This document shows positions 18,312-27,835 of a stretch of 64,000 nt of DNA, in pieces. The notes beneath the pieces were generated by a model, which did no database searches, was not told the origin of the DNA, and saw only the letters and a program-made list of their open reading frames with translations. Source of the stretch: an uncultured Lachnospiraceae bacterium. GTDB lineage: Bacteria; Bacillota; Clostridia; Lachnospirales; Lachnospiraceae. Position 1 is the stretch's first letter, and each line of letters begins with the position of its first letter. The stretch is from assembly GCA_949893755.1 (NCBI GenBank), contig CATLCV010000001.1, positions 57,091 to 121,090 on the forward strand, in the 5' to 3' direction. The translations under genes and the position numbers were made by a program.

Positions 18312-18329
18312 TTGACAATAAATTAACAA
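18312..18329 (-). promoter_or_regulatory. Putative Rex operator upstream of the mdh-hdr-flx-frd-fum operon
   Basis: TTGTTAA-TTTA-TTGTCAA versus clostridial Rex consensus TTGTTAA-N4-TTAACAA; TATAAT at 18303-18298. Confidence 0.55.
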
Positions 18330-18375
18330 GCACTTTTCACTGTAAATAATATACAAATTTTTCCTGCTTTTTTGG

Positions 18376-18597
18376 TCAGTATTCCTTCGTCACCTCCTTT
18401 AGATCATACATCCGCTTGAATGTCTCCAGATCCTCCTCATTTTTGATCAGCATCACCTCTTCCCATTGTCCTGTATGGATATTTTTAAAGCCTGCCACCT
18501 GCTCTCCTGTACAGATGCTGCAGCGCAGGATGGGCTTCTGGTTTGCCCTGTCATATTCCTTCTTTACCGGCTGTTTTTTCCGAAACATTTTTAACAT
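18376..18597 (-). CDS. Small hypothetical protein with CxxC motif
   Basis: 73 aa, KPILRCSICTGEQVAGFK; GGGAGG RBS upstream. Confidence 0.7.
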   Translation of the reverse strand: MLKMFRKKQPVKKEYDRANQKPILRCSICTGEQVAGFKNIHTGQWEEVMLIKNEEDLETFKRMYDLKEVTKEY

Positions 18598-18718
18598 TTG
18601 TTCTGTGCCCTCCCCTTTCCCTTTGTCCTGCTTTTTAAGTTATGATGCGTTTGGGAGCCTCATTCCTTTTTATCTGAATTTATATTGAACACTGCTGCAT
18701 CGGCCGTGAGTATCTGTC

Positions 18719-21700
18719 TTATCTGACCTTCCGGAAATATTCTTCCAGGATTCCCTTAATATAATAATAGCGTCTGGCATAGGAATTCTCCACCCGGATC
18801 AGTTCAAATCCATGCTTTCTGCAAACTTGCGTCTTCTGCCTGTCCCGCTGCTTCACGAGAGACTCCTCCTGATGCTCCTTTCCGTCCAGTTCAATGGCCA
18901 GGATCGGCTGTTCCCCGCCTCCATACTCCTTTTCATAGATGACAAAGTCAAATCTTCCATTGTAGAACAGCCCTTCCCCTGTATGCTCGTCCCGGAACAC
19001 CCGGGATATCTCCACTTCATTTTCCACCTTGCATCTCCGCCCGTTGTTGAGGATATTCCCCAGCGCATGATTGAGGCTGACGAGAAAATCCTCCTCGATC
19101 TGCGCGCTGTATGGCTTGATGCCCAGTGCACGGGAATGGACCTCGTCTGCCGATACCCGGCAAAGTCCTTTGCTGCTCACATACCGGGCCAGCTCATACA
19201 TATCATCCTTGTCCGCCTCATCATGGAGCCGCTGCAGATTCTTTGTACTGGAAAACAGAACCAGCTTTTCCCTTGCCCGGGAGGTGGCTACGTTGATCAG
19301 CTCCCGGTTGTTTTTCAGCCACCCGTAGGTCTTTTCCGACATCTGGTCTGTCACTGCGGTGGAAAATAAGATGATATCCTTCTCATCGCCCTGAAACGCA
19401 TGGACCGTACCGCAGGACACATCCTGGATCCCCCTGTCCTTTAGCATCTGGCTGATGCACTCCTTCTGGTTGGCAAAGGGCGTGATGATCCCGATCTTTT
19501 TATCCCGGTTGTCCATCACGTACCGGACGATCTGCTCCGCCTCCCGGGGCGCGGCATTTTTTAATTCGGTCTCGTTGTTTTTCACGTCCACATAGACTAG
19601 AGGCTGTTCCGGCTTCGCCCTGCTTTCGATTTTTAACTTACTGTTGTAATATTTCACATTGTTGAATTCAATAATGGATTTACAGCAGCGGTAGTGATGC
19701 CGAAGGAGGATCTCCTCGCTGACGGCGTCATTTGCCAGGAAGGTCTTGTAAATGGAGTTTTCCAGATAATCATATTCCTGCGGGATCTGATAACGCTGCT
19801 TAAGGATCTCATTGTCCTTACTGTCCAGAAGGATCACCGGGTTCAGCTGCTGGGGATCTCCCACCAGCATCAGGTTCTTTCCCCGGATAACGGGAAGCAG
19901 GGACATGGCCGTGCTGCACTGGCTGGCCTCATCCATGATGGTCAGGTCAAAATGCGCCTCCGGGCTTCCCAGCCTGCAGGAGGAGATGCAGGAGGTCGCA
20001 ACCACCGGAAAAATGCGGAGGAACTTTTTTACATTCTCCGTCTCACTGAGATATCTGTGAAATGCCTTCACCTTTTCCTCTTCATCCTCCATCTCCAGGA
20101 TCTTGCGCAGGTCTTCATTTTTCGGTTCTCCCAAGCGTTTGAGGTATTTGATGGAGGTAAAATTCAGGTACTGCTTGAATCCCGCTTCATCCTGATCCAA
20201 CAGTGCCAGTGCCTGTTCGTTGGTGATCTCTCCGATCTCCTGCAGATCCCGGCGTATCTCTTCCAGCTGCCTGCCCTGCAGGTCCGTCTGGAAGGTCAGA
20301 TGCTGTGTATTGCCGAGCAGACACTGGATGGCCTCCTGCTTTTCCCGCAGCGCCAGTGTATTCTCGTATTTTTTCAAAAGCTCCGTCAGCTTTCTGGTTC
20401 GGCTGATCTTATGGTCTTTATTTTTTTCCAGTGTCCCTTCAAAAACCGGCTTGTTTTTGATCCGCTCATACTGTTCCCGGATATCCAGAAGTGCCTGCTT
20501 TACAAGCCTTGTATTTCCCAGGCGGATCACCGGGAAGGGGATATTTTCTCCCTGCTTGTAGGGAATGGACTTCAGCTTTTCCACCACCGTGTCAACAGGG
20601 TGATTGTTGTAGGATGCCAGAAGCACTGTCTTCTCATTAAAAAATGCGGTAATGATGGTATTGAGGATGGTATGTGACTTCCCGGTGCCGGGCGGACCCT
20701 GAACATAAGTGACCGGGTATTTTACGGCGTTGTGGATGGCAAGGAGCTGGTCCAGATTGGCACGGTGCTCCAGAAGCGCCAGCGGGTAGTCTTTTCTCCG
20801 CTGCGGCTTGCTGAGCAGTTTCCCGAAAAATGCCTTGACAGGCTGGGTCTCTTTTCCTTCCTCCAGGCTTTTGATGACCGGCTCATATTCCTTGTTCAGA
20901 TCGACCTTGATGTCTCTTGCAAGAGCAATGATATAGGGACGGTCATCCACGCCCTGCTTTAACGAATTGTAATGCGTGATCCGGTCTTTGATCGTCTCCT
21001 TGTGACGGGCAAATTCCGCAAGCAGGTCAGAATCCGCCGGATCCATATATTTTCGGATGCTTTCCTTCTCTCCGTTGACAGTAAATTCCCGACTGATCGT
21101 GATCTCCCCGTCCGGCTTGAGGACACGGCGCTTCACATCCAGATACAGCTTCCGGTACGCAAGCACGTACAGCGCTTCCCTCTGGCTGCTCCTTCCCCTG
21201 ACCAGGATGCTCAGCTCATTCATGACCAGCTGGCGGTACTGCCAGCTTTTGTGCTTCTCCGGCCGGGTGCTCTCCTCCTGGAACTGCCGGACCAGCTGCC
21301 GGAACTGGTCCTTGTCCAAAGGATACTCTCCATTTTTGAAAGAACTGCCGTCCAGGTGTTCCAGCAGGGAATACTCGCACTGGTAGGGCTGGGTGTCCAA
21401 ACGGTTGCAGTCGATCAGGTAATTGAGGATCTTCAGGTTCACGGTCTGCCCGAAAAGGGGTTCGTATTTTTCCGGATTCCGTTCGATGTCCTCCACAAGC
21501 TGTTCTTCGATCTTGTACGTGGAAGCCTCCACCACCGCGGCAGACAGGATGGAGTCTATATAAATGAAATCGTACCGCTCCACGGTATGCATCATCAGAT
21601 GAAAGCCTTCCACACTGAGGCTGCGTTTCCTGACGTCAATCCCGTGGATGGCGATCCAGTAGTTTGTGATCTGGTCTCTCTGGTTTTTATATTCTATGCT

Positions 21701-21754
21701 GAGCCATTTTCCCTCATGTATTGCTTTGAAAATATTCTGAGCGATCCTGTCCAT
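18719..21754 (-). CDS. SF1 (Upf1/DNA2-like) helicase with N-terminal WYL-like domain and C-terminal DUF2726/Vsr-like nuclease domain
   Basis: GPPGTGKS, IMDEASQ, VGDPQQL, HYRC, IITPF, GTVHAFQGDEKD, NVATSRAR; C-terminal FDFVI..AIELDGKEH..RDRQK. Confidence 0.85.
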   Translation of the reverse strand: MDRIAQNIFKAIHEGKWLSIEYKNQRDQITNYWIAIHGIDVRKRSLSVEGFHLMMHTVERYDFIYIDSILSAAVVEASTYKIEEQLVEDIERNPEKYEPLFGQTVNLKILNYLIDCNRLDTQPYQCEYSLLEHLDGSSFKNGEYPLDKDQFRQLVRQFQEESTRPEKHKSWQYRQLVMNELSILVRGRSSQREALYVLAYRKLYLDVKRRVLKPDGEITISREFTVNGEKESIRKYMDPADSDLLAEFARHKETIKDRITHYNSLKQGVDDRPYIIALARDIKVDLNKEYEPVIKSLEEGKETQPVKAFFGKLLSKPQRRKDYPLALLEHRANLDQLLAIHNAVKYPVTYVQGPPGTGKSHTILNTIITAFFNEKTVLLASYNNHPVDTVVEKLKSIPYKQGENIPFPVIRLGNTRLVKQALLDIREQYERIKNKPVFEGTLEKNKDHKISRTRKLTELLKKYENTLALREKQEAIQCLLGNTQHLTFQTDLQGRQLEEIRRDLQEIGEITNEQALALLDQDEAGFKQYLNFTSIKYLKRLGEPKNEDLRKILEMEDEEEKVKAFHRYLSETENVKKFLRIFPVVATSCISSCRLGSPEAHFDLTIMDEASQCSTAMSLLPVIRGKNLMLVGDPQQLNPVILLDSKDNEILKQRYQIPQEYDYLENSIYKTFLANDAVSEEILLRHHYRCCKSIIEFNNVKYYNSKLKIESRAKPEQPLVYVDVKNNETELKNAAPREAEQIVRYVMDNRDKKIGIITPFANQKECISQMLKDRGIQDVSCGTVHAFQGDEKDIILFSTAVTDQMSEKTYGWLKNNRELINVATSRAREKLVLFSSTKNLQRLHDEADKDDMYELARYVSSKGLCRVSADEVHSRALGIKPYSAQIEEDFLVSLNHALGNILNNGRRCKVENEVEISRVFRDEHTGEGLFYNGRFDFVIYEKEYGGGEQPILAIELDGKEHQEESLVKQRDRQKTQVCRKHGFELIRVENSYARRYYYIKGILEEYFRKVR

Positions 21755-21936
21755 ACCGTCTGCTCCCGCACTCTGCGCAAAATAAGTAAAAAAATCTGTG
21801 ACTATTGTACCATGTCATGCGCGATTTGAAAATACTTTTCCTGAGCGGGTTTACACTTATTTTTTCCATTTGGTAAAATAAATACAAAACAGGATAACGG
21901 GAAACCGTTCTATCTCCCGCCACCCTGTTTTCAGCA

Positions 21937-22590
21937 CTATTTTCCATTCATAACCGGCTCCGCGACATGGGTCTTAAAGAACTGGATCAAAGGTCCGTTC
22001 AGCAGTGCGTTGCAGATCGTGCCGATCCCGATGATGAGCCACAGATCTCCATGAGACATGAGGCAGAATACCACACCGATCACAACCACCGTAACATCAC
22101 TCATGACGCGGGCATTCTGGAAGGGAATCTTGCCACGGGTCACATTTTCGATGATCACCGCTACACTGTCATAAGGAGCGATCCCCATCTCCGCCACCAT
22201 ATAAAACGCCACGCCCATCCCCGCGAAAATGCTGCCGATGATCAGGGCCAGGATCCGAAGCGGCAGCGTCATCTCTACTTTCAGGATGTCCTGAAACAGC
22301 CAGCATATGAAGTCTGCCAGATAACCGACACAGACCATATTGACGATGGTGCCTGCCCCGATGCACTGCCTTGCTTTAAAAAACACAACCACCAGTATCG
22401 CCGCATTCATGATCAGCTGCCATGTACCGAAGGTCATGTGCAGAAATCCGCTGATCCCCAGGTTCATACAGGTAAATGCATCTACGCCGAAGGCACTGAG
22501 CCGGTAGGAGCCGACACAGATCCCGATAAACAGGATGCCGGTCACCATCATGATGCAGCGTTTGAGAAAAGGTTTATTTTGTGTATCCAT
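21937..22590 (-). CDS. YczE/YyaS/YitT family membrane protein
   Basis: GVDAFTCMNLG, IGAGTIVN, MGIAPYD, IGIGTI; about 6 TM. Confidence 0.8.
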   Translation of the reverse strand: MDTQNKPFLKRCIMMVTGILFIGICVGSYRLSAFGVDAFTCMNLGISGFLHMTFGTWQLIMNAAILVVVFFKARQCIGAGTIVNMVCVGYLADFICWLFQDILKVEMTLPLRILALIIGSIFAGMGVAFYMVAEMGIAPYDSVAVIIENVTRGKIPFQNARVMSDVTVVVIGVVFCLMSHGDLWLIIGIGTICNALLNGPLIQFFKTHVAEPVMNGK

Positions 22591-22600
22591 TGGGATCCCC

Positions 22601-24823
22601 CTATACCGCTTTAAATATAAACAGCCTGGAATCAAAGTCGCCGTAGTCCGCATTCGGATCTTCCACCTGGCCGGATAATGCGTCTGACGTGATCAGGCCC
22701 AGATTCATCAGTTCATCCCCGTAATAGGACTCTCCTGTTTCCTGATTCCGGTAGCAAAGCTCCGGATCCAGCCCCTGAAGACGGATCCGCGCAAAGGGCA
22801 GGTTCACGCCGCAGAGCACCCGATACCATCCGACGATCGCCTGCGTCCTGTCTTCACTGACCGCCATCCAGCAGGTGATGTTGCCCTCAAAGGGACTGGA
22901 CAGGCGGTAGAACGTACCGAACTGCAGCACTTCCCTGTATTCCTTCATAAATGCGATCTGACGCTTCACCTCTTCCTGCTCCTGTTCCGTCAGATGGTTC
23001 AGGTCCAGTTCATAGCCGAAGGTACCGAAGTAAGCCACATTTGCCCGTGTGTGAAGCGGTGTCCTGCGGAATACCTGGTGGTTCGGGATAACCGATACGT
23101 GGCTTCCGATGCTGCTGACAGGATAGCAATAGGTGGTGCCGTATTGGATCTTGAGACGTTCTACCGCATCGGAATCATCGCTTGCCCAGCCCTGGGGCGC
23201 GTAATAAAGCATCCCCGGGTCAAACCGCCCGCCGCCGCTTGCGCAGGATTCGAAAAGCACATGCGGGAACTCGGAGGTGAGCCGTTCGTATAAGTCATAG
23301 ACGCCCAGGATATAGCGGTGGAACACCTCCCCCTGTCGGTCGGCCGGGAGCGCTGCGGAATAGCATTCCGTGATGCTCCGGTTCATGTCCCATTTGATAT
23401 ACGAGACCTTTGCCTCCCGTAAAATCTTCGCCATCATTTCATAGATGCAGTCTACGATCTCTTTCCGTGAAAAATCAAGTACATACTGATTCCGGCCATG
23501 GGATGCCCTTCTCTGTGGCGTCTCCAGGATCCAGTCCGGATGCGCCCGGTAAAGGTCGGAATCCTTATTCACCATCTCCGGCTCGAACCAGAGACCGAAC
23601 TTCATTCCCAGGTCTTCGATGCGCTCTGCCAACCCGGTAATGCCGTTTGCAAGGCGCTCCCGATTGGCGGTCCAGTCGCCCAGTCCGGCGTGGTCGCTGC
23701 TGCGCTCCCCGAACCAGCCGTCGTCCAGCACAAACAATTCCACTCCGCATTCCTTTGCCTTGGACGCGATCTCAACCAGCCGGTCCTCCGTAAAGTCAAA
23801 ATACGTCGCTTCCCAGTTGTTATTCAGGATCGGCCTTGGACGGTCCCGCCAGTACCCTCTTGCCAGACGTTTCTGGTAAAGCTTGTGGAAGGTCTGGCTC
23901 ATACGGTTTAACCCGGAATCCGAATAGACCATCACGGCTTCGGGCGTCTGAAATTCTTCTCCCGGTTCCAGCTTCCAGTCAAAGCCATCGGGATGGATTC
24001 CCAGCATTACCCGGGTCATGTCATGCGTATCTACCTCCGCCTGTGCCAGAAAATTGCCGCTGTAGATCAGGCTGAATCCAATGGCCTCTCCCTGAGATTC
24101 ATTGGTGTCCGGACGTTTCAGCACGATAAACGGATTGTGCTCATGGGAGGAATGTCCTCTTCTGCTGTCCACCGCCTGGATACCCTGTTCCAGCCTCCGT
24201 ACCTTTAAATGGCGCTCCCGAGCCCATGCGCCGGAGAACTGGAGCCACTCGTAATCGCAGTCCGGCAGATCCATGCACAGACTCATGGCAGTCAGCAGAT
24301 GTACATCTTTGCTTCCCTGATTGGTCAGCTTCGCGCTCCGCGCCAGGATCCCGCCTCCCGCGAAAATCGTATAGAAAAGCTGCAGCGTGATCTCCGTTAC
24401 CGGGTCTTTTAAAACCAGCGTCAGTGTTTCCGCCTCACTGTCTTCCTCTGTATAGGTGGCTGGAAGCCCTGCGAGCTTCGGTTTTCCCGCTGTAATCGTG
24501 TGGCTCTGATAGCGGAAATCCGAAAGACGGCTGCCGTTTTCCTGAAGGATCTCCACTGCCGGATGCCGGTAATCCGTCGTACCGTACACACCGTATTCCT
24601 GCTTTACGTGCTCCAAAGAAAATGATCTGTCTCCTTCGAATACGTAAGAGGTCATGGGGCGGTAGCCTGTTTCCAGAAGATAGGAAAAGTCTTCTTTATG
24701 ATGGATCCTCTTGCCGAAATACAGCTGGCCCATCTGTTCATTGGGAAGAACCGTCATGATGTAACTGATCTCGTTGTTAAATAAATGAAAGGTACGTGTG
24801 CGTTCGCAAAATAAAATGCTCAT
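22601..24823 (-). CDS. Alpha-galactosidase (GH36)
   Basis: NNWEATYFDF, FVLDDGWFG, FGLWFEPEM, YIKWDMNR, ESCASGGGRFD, FGYELD. Confidence 0.96.
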   Translation of the reverse strand: MSILFCERTRTFHLFNNEISYIMTVLPNEQMGQLYFGKRIHHKEDFSYLLETGYRPMTSYVFEGDRSFSLEHVKQEYGVYGTTDYRHPAVEILQENGSRLSDFRYQSHTITAGKPKLAGLPATYTEEDSEAETLTLVLKDPVTEITLQLFYTIFAGGGILARSAKLTNQGSKDVHLLTAMSLCMDLPDCDYEWLQFSGAWARERHLKVRRLEQGIQAVDSRRGHSSHEHNPFIVLKRPDTNESQGEAIGFSLIYSGNFLAQAEVDTHDMTRVMLGIHPDGFDWKLEPGEEFQTPEAVMVYSDSGLNRMSQTFHKLYQKRLARGYWRDRPRPILNNNWEATYFDFTEDRLVEIASKAKECGVELFVLDDGWFGERSSDHAGLGDWTANRERLANGITGLAERIEDLGMKFGLWFEPEMVNKDSDLYRAHPDWILETPQRRASHGRNQYVLDFSRKEIVDCIYEMMAKILREAKVSYIKWDMNRSITECYSAALPADRQGEVFHRYILGVYDLYERLTSEFPHVLFESCASGGGRFDPGMLYYAPQGWASDDSDAVERLKIQYGTTYCYPVSSIGSHVSVIPNHQVFRRTPLHTRANVAYFGTFGYELDLNHLTEQEQEEVKRQIAFMKEYREVLQFGTFYRLSSPFEGNITCWMAVSEDRTQAIVGWYRVLCGVNLPFARIRLQGLDPELCYRNQETGESYYGDELMNLGLITSDALSGQVEDPNADYGDFDSRLFIFKAV

Positions 24824-24931
24824 AGAACCCTCCTCCTGGTATAATAATATAATAGCAAATTACTATTCTCTCCAGGACAGCTTCATAAGCCTGCTGTCCT
24901 GGAGATATTTTTCTTCCGAAATGCCGTATTG

Positions 24932-26353
24932 TCAATTCACATTCTGCTGAATTGCATGCATTTCGTTGACTTTACGCGTCACCTCTGCCATTTTTTCACC
25001 CTTTAAGGTGTAAAATGTTTTGTAGATAAAGAAGCTCAATACAGCCAGTGCAATGGGGATCACGATCATCAGAACCCGGATACCTGTGATCGTTCCAAGG
25101 CTCTGCACCTCTGCCTTTGCATTGTAGCCTACAATCTGCAGGCCTACGCCGGTCAGCCCGCCTGCCGCTGCCATAGCCGCCTTCATCAGGAAGGTCTGCG
25201 CAGAGCAGGTTACGCTTTCATTTCTGACACCGAACTTCACTTCCCCGTAGTCGATCACATCTGCCATACAGCAGGTCGTCACACCCAGGGATAAGCCGGA
25301 ACCGAAGAACATCAGTCCGCAGCACAGGATCACGGCCGCCTTGCTCTGGGGAGCGATAAATCCCATCAATCCCAGTGCGGCAAGACCCAGGATCACAAGT
25401 CCGCACGCAAGGGCATATACCTTTTCACGGCTGATCTTTTCCGCGATCTTCGGGAAGCAGATCAGGCCAAGCATTTCCGCGATAATGGCAAATCCAAAGA
25501 TTGAGTACAGATATTCATTTCCGCAGACATTTTTGAAATAGTATACGGCAAAGCCTTTTGCAATCTGTGTACAAAGGTTGAAGGTCAGCAGCAGTCCGAT
25601 GAACGCAAGGAGCTGGTCATTCTTTACGATCACATTCAATGCCTGTTTCAGACTGGTCTTTTCAGCCTTTGCATTCAAAGTGGATTCTTCTTTTACATTA
25701 AATACCGTAATGCCGATGGTCAGGATAAATACCACTGCGATCGCCGCTGCAAACATGGTAAAGCCCTGCTCCGCATAAAGGTTTTCATTTCCTGCCATAC
25801 GGTTGAATCCGTTAATGATATACAGGCCGAAGGTGGCAACTGTAAAGCCTGCAAGGCTTGCGAAGAAACGCGGGATGACGGACACCTTTTCACGTTCATG
25901 AGGGTCGTTGGTCAGGTTCGGAAGCCAGGACCAGTAGGGTACGTCCATGATGGTATAGGTCATGCCGTACAGAATATACATCACGGAAACATAGACGTAC
26001 AGGGGCGTTCCGGTCAGTCCGCAGCTGGTAAACAGGAAGATAAATACTACGGAGTTCAGCAGGGTTCCAACGATCAGCCAGATCCGGAATTTGCCGTATT
26101 TGGACCGGGTATTGTCTACGATCATGCCCATCATCGGGTCATTGATTGCATCCCAGATCCGGGCTACGAAGAACAGTGCCCCGACAAATCCCGGCGCCAG
26201 ATATAAGGTGTCTGTAAAATACAGCATCAGGAAAGATCCAACCAGGTTTACGATCGCGTCTTTTCCAATCGCACCGATTCCGAAACAATATTTTTCTCTT
26301 GCAGAAACATGCTTGTATTGTGGCTTCTGTGTCTGTGCATTTGTGTTGCTCAT
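24932..26353 (-). CDS. melB: Melibiose/GPH family sugar:cation symporter
   Basis: FGIGAIGKD, ARIWDAINDPMMGMIVDNTRSKYGKFR, YTIMDVPYWS; ATG at 26353 after GGAGG. Confidence 0.85.
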   Translation of the reverse strand: MSNTNAQTQKPQYKHVSAREKYCFGIGAIGKDAIVNLVGSFLMLYFTDTLYLAPGFVGALFFVARIWDAINDPMMGMIVDNTRSKYGKFRIWLIVGTLLNSVVFIFLFTSCGLTGTPLYVYVSVMYILYGMTYTIMDVPYWSWLPNLTNDPHEREKVSVIPRFFASLAGFTVATFGLYIINGFNRMAGNENLYAEQGFTMFAAAIAVVFILTIGITVFNVKEESTLNAKAEKTSLKQALNVIVKNDQLLAFIGLLLTFNLCTQIAKGFAVYYFKNVCGNEYLYSIFGFAIIAEMLGLICFPKIAEKISREKVYALACGLVILGLAALGLMGFIAPQSKAAVILCCGLMFFGSGLSLGVTTCCMADVIDYGEVKFGVRNESVTCSAQTFLMKAAMAAAGGLTGVGLQIVGYNAKAEVQSLGTITGIRVLMIVIPIALAVLSFFIYKTFYTLKGEKMAEVTRKVNEMHAIQQNVN

Positions 26354-26550
26354 AAGTTCTTCCTCCAAATTCTTTTTTAGACTCGGATTGGAGAAGCTGC
26401 GCAATTTCTTCGTTCCTTGTAAGTCTATTATATATGGAGTCAGAATAAGTAAGTAGACACATTTGTTTAGAAAAACAGTCAAAATGATGACACCGCTTTC
26501 CGCTGTTTTTGCACACATCCACAGAATATCCCCAGATGATCGCAGAAGCG

Positions 26551-27426
26551 TTATAATTTTCCCAACATATCCTGGTTCGTCCGAAGATGTTCGTTGGCAT
26601 CCCTACGGTTTTTCTTCCGGAATTGTGCAGGGGTGATCCCTCTTTTCAGCTTAAATGCTTTTCCGAATACAAGCGGATCCCGGTATCCGCAGGACAGCGC
26701 CACCCCTCCTACCGGCAGGTCCGTCAGGGAAAGCAGCTCTGCCGCACGGGTGATCCGGTAATTGACCAGATAATCCTGGGGCGACATATCCATGCTCTGC
26801 CGGAACAGCCTGTACAGATAGCTCCGGTCAATGCAGACATAATCCGCGATATCAGATACTTTGATGCTTTCGGAATAGTTGTTGTGGATATACTCAAGCG
26901 CCCTGCGGATATACACATTTTCTTCGTTCGCAACCGCAGACGGGACGATATCGATATCCTGTGACAGAATCGAGAAAAAAGAATACAGAAGACTCTCCAG
27001 CAAGAACTGGTTCGTTGTGCTGGAGGTATTATTTTTCAGCATGGTGATCACAATCTGCTTCAATTCCTCAGCATGGCTGCAGCGGAAGATCAGCTGATGG
27101 CTGTTCAGGCCGATGTCCTTTAGATATTCCCGGGCCTGGTTGCCGTGAAAGCCCACCCACAGATACGTCCACGGCTCCTCCTGGTCCGCCTGGTAGAAGG
27201 TCTGCACCTCCGGTTCGATTAGAAAGCCCTGGCCGGCCTGCAGTTCATACTGGGTATCCTCTACATAATAACGGCCTTTTCCTTCCAGGATATAGTGGAG
27301 AATATAGTTGGGGCGGACGGCAGGGCCGAAGCTGTGCAGAGGTTCGCATTTTGCGTAGCCGCAGAAGCAGAGATAAAGGTCTTGAAACTTATGGTCTGAT
27401 AATTGCAATACGTAAGCATTTTCCAT
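26551..27426 (-). CDS. AraC family regulator (MsmR/MelR-like)
   Basis: CEPLHSFGPAVRPNYILHYI cupin plus C-terminal double HTH. Confidence 0.93.
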   Translation of the reverse strand: MENAYVLQLSDHKFQDLYLCFCGYAKCEPLHSFGPAVRPNYILHYILEGKGRYYVEDTQYELQAGQGFLIEPEVQTFYQADQEEPWTYLWVGFHGNQAREYLKDIGLNSHQLIFRCSHAEELKQIVITMLKNNTSSTTNQFLLESLLYSFFSILSQDIDIVPSAVANEENVYIRRALEYIHNNYSESIKVSDIADYVCIDRSYLYRLFRQSMDMSPQDYLVNYRITRAAELLSLTDLPVGGVALSCGYRDPLVFGKAFKLKRGITPAQFRKKNRRDANEHLRTNQDMLGKL

Positions 27427-27625
27427 CTCAGTGCACTCCTTCTTATAGTTTGGCGTTGGATTGTTATGTAACAATGTGGAAAATTAGCCCTCGAAATATT
27501 TTTCATAATCTGTACTTCTTTGATATCATAGCGTGTAAATCAGAATTTGTACAGTGCAAAATCAACTATTTTCACACCGAAAGAATTGTGTTAAAATGAG
27601 AAAAAAACTTGAAAGGCAGGTTGTT

Positions 27626-27766
27626 ATGAAAAAAATCGGATTTGGAATTTCCATGCTGCTCTTTGCGCTTTTACTTCGGCTTTGTTCATTTGGAATGGAC
27701 TCAATCACACTTTCATTGGGTGTTGTCGGATTCCTGTTCTCATTCCTTGGCTTTTTGGAAAAATAA
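27626..27766 (+). CDS. Small 46-aa two-helix membrane protein
   Basis: GAAAGG RBS, MKK followed by two hydrophobic stretches, terminator immediately after stop. Confidence 0.5.
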   Translation: MKKIGFGISMLLFALLLRLCSFGMDSITLSLGVVGFLFSFLGFLEK

Positions 27767-27769
27767 CAA

Positions 27770-27812
27770 CGGAGCTGTCAAAGAATCATCTTCTTTGAAC
27801 AGCTCCGCTTTT
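27770..27812. terminator. Bidirectional terminator
   Basis: CGGAGCTGTCAAAGAA...TTCTTTGAACAGCTCCG-CTTTT between convergent genes. Confidence 0.7.
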
Positions 27813-27835
27813 ATTTGTATTCTTATTTTACACCG

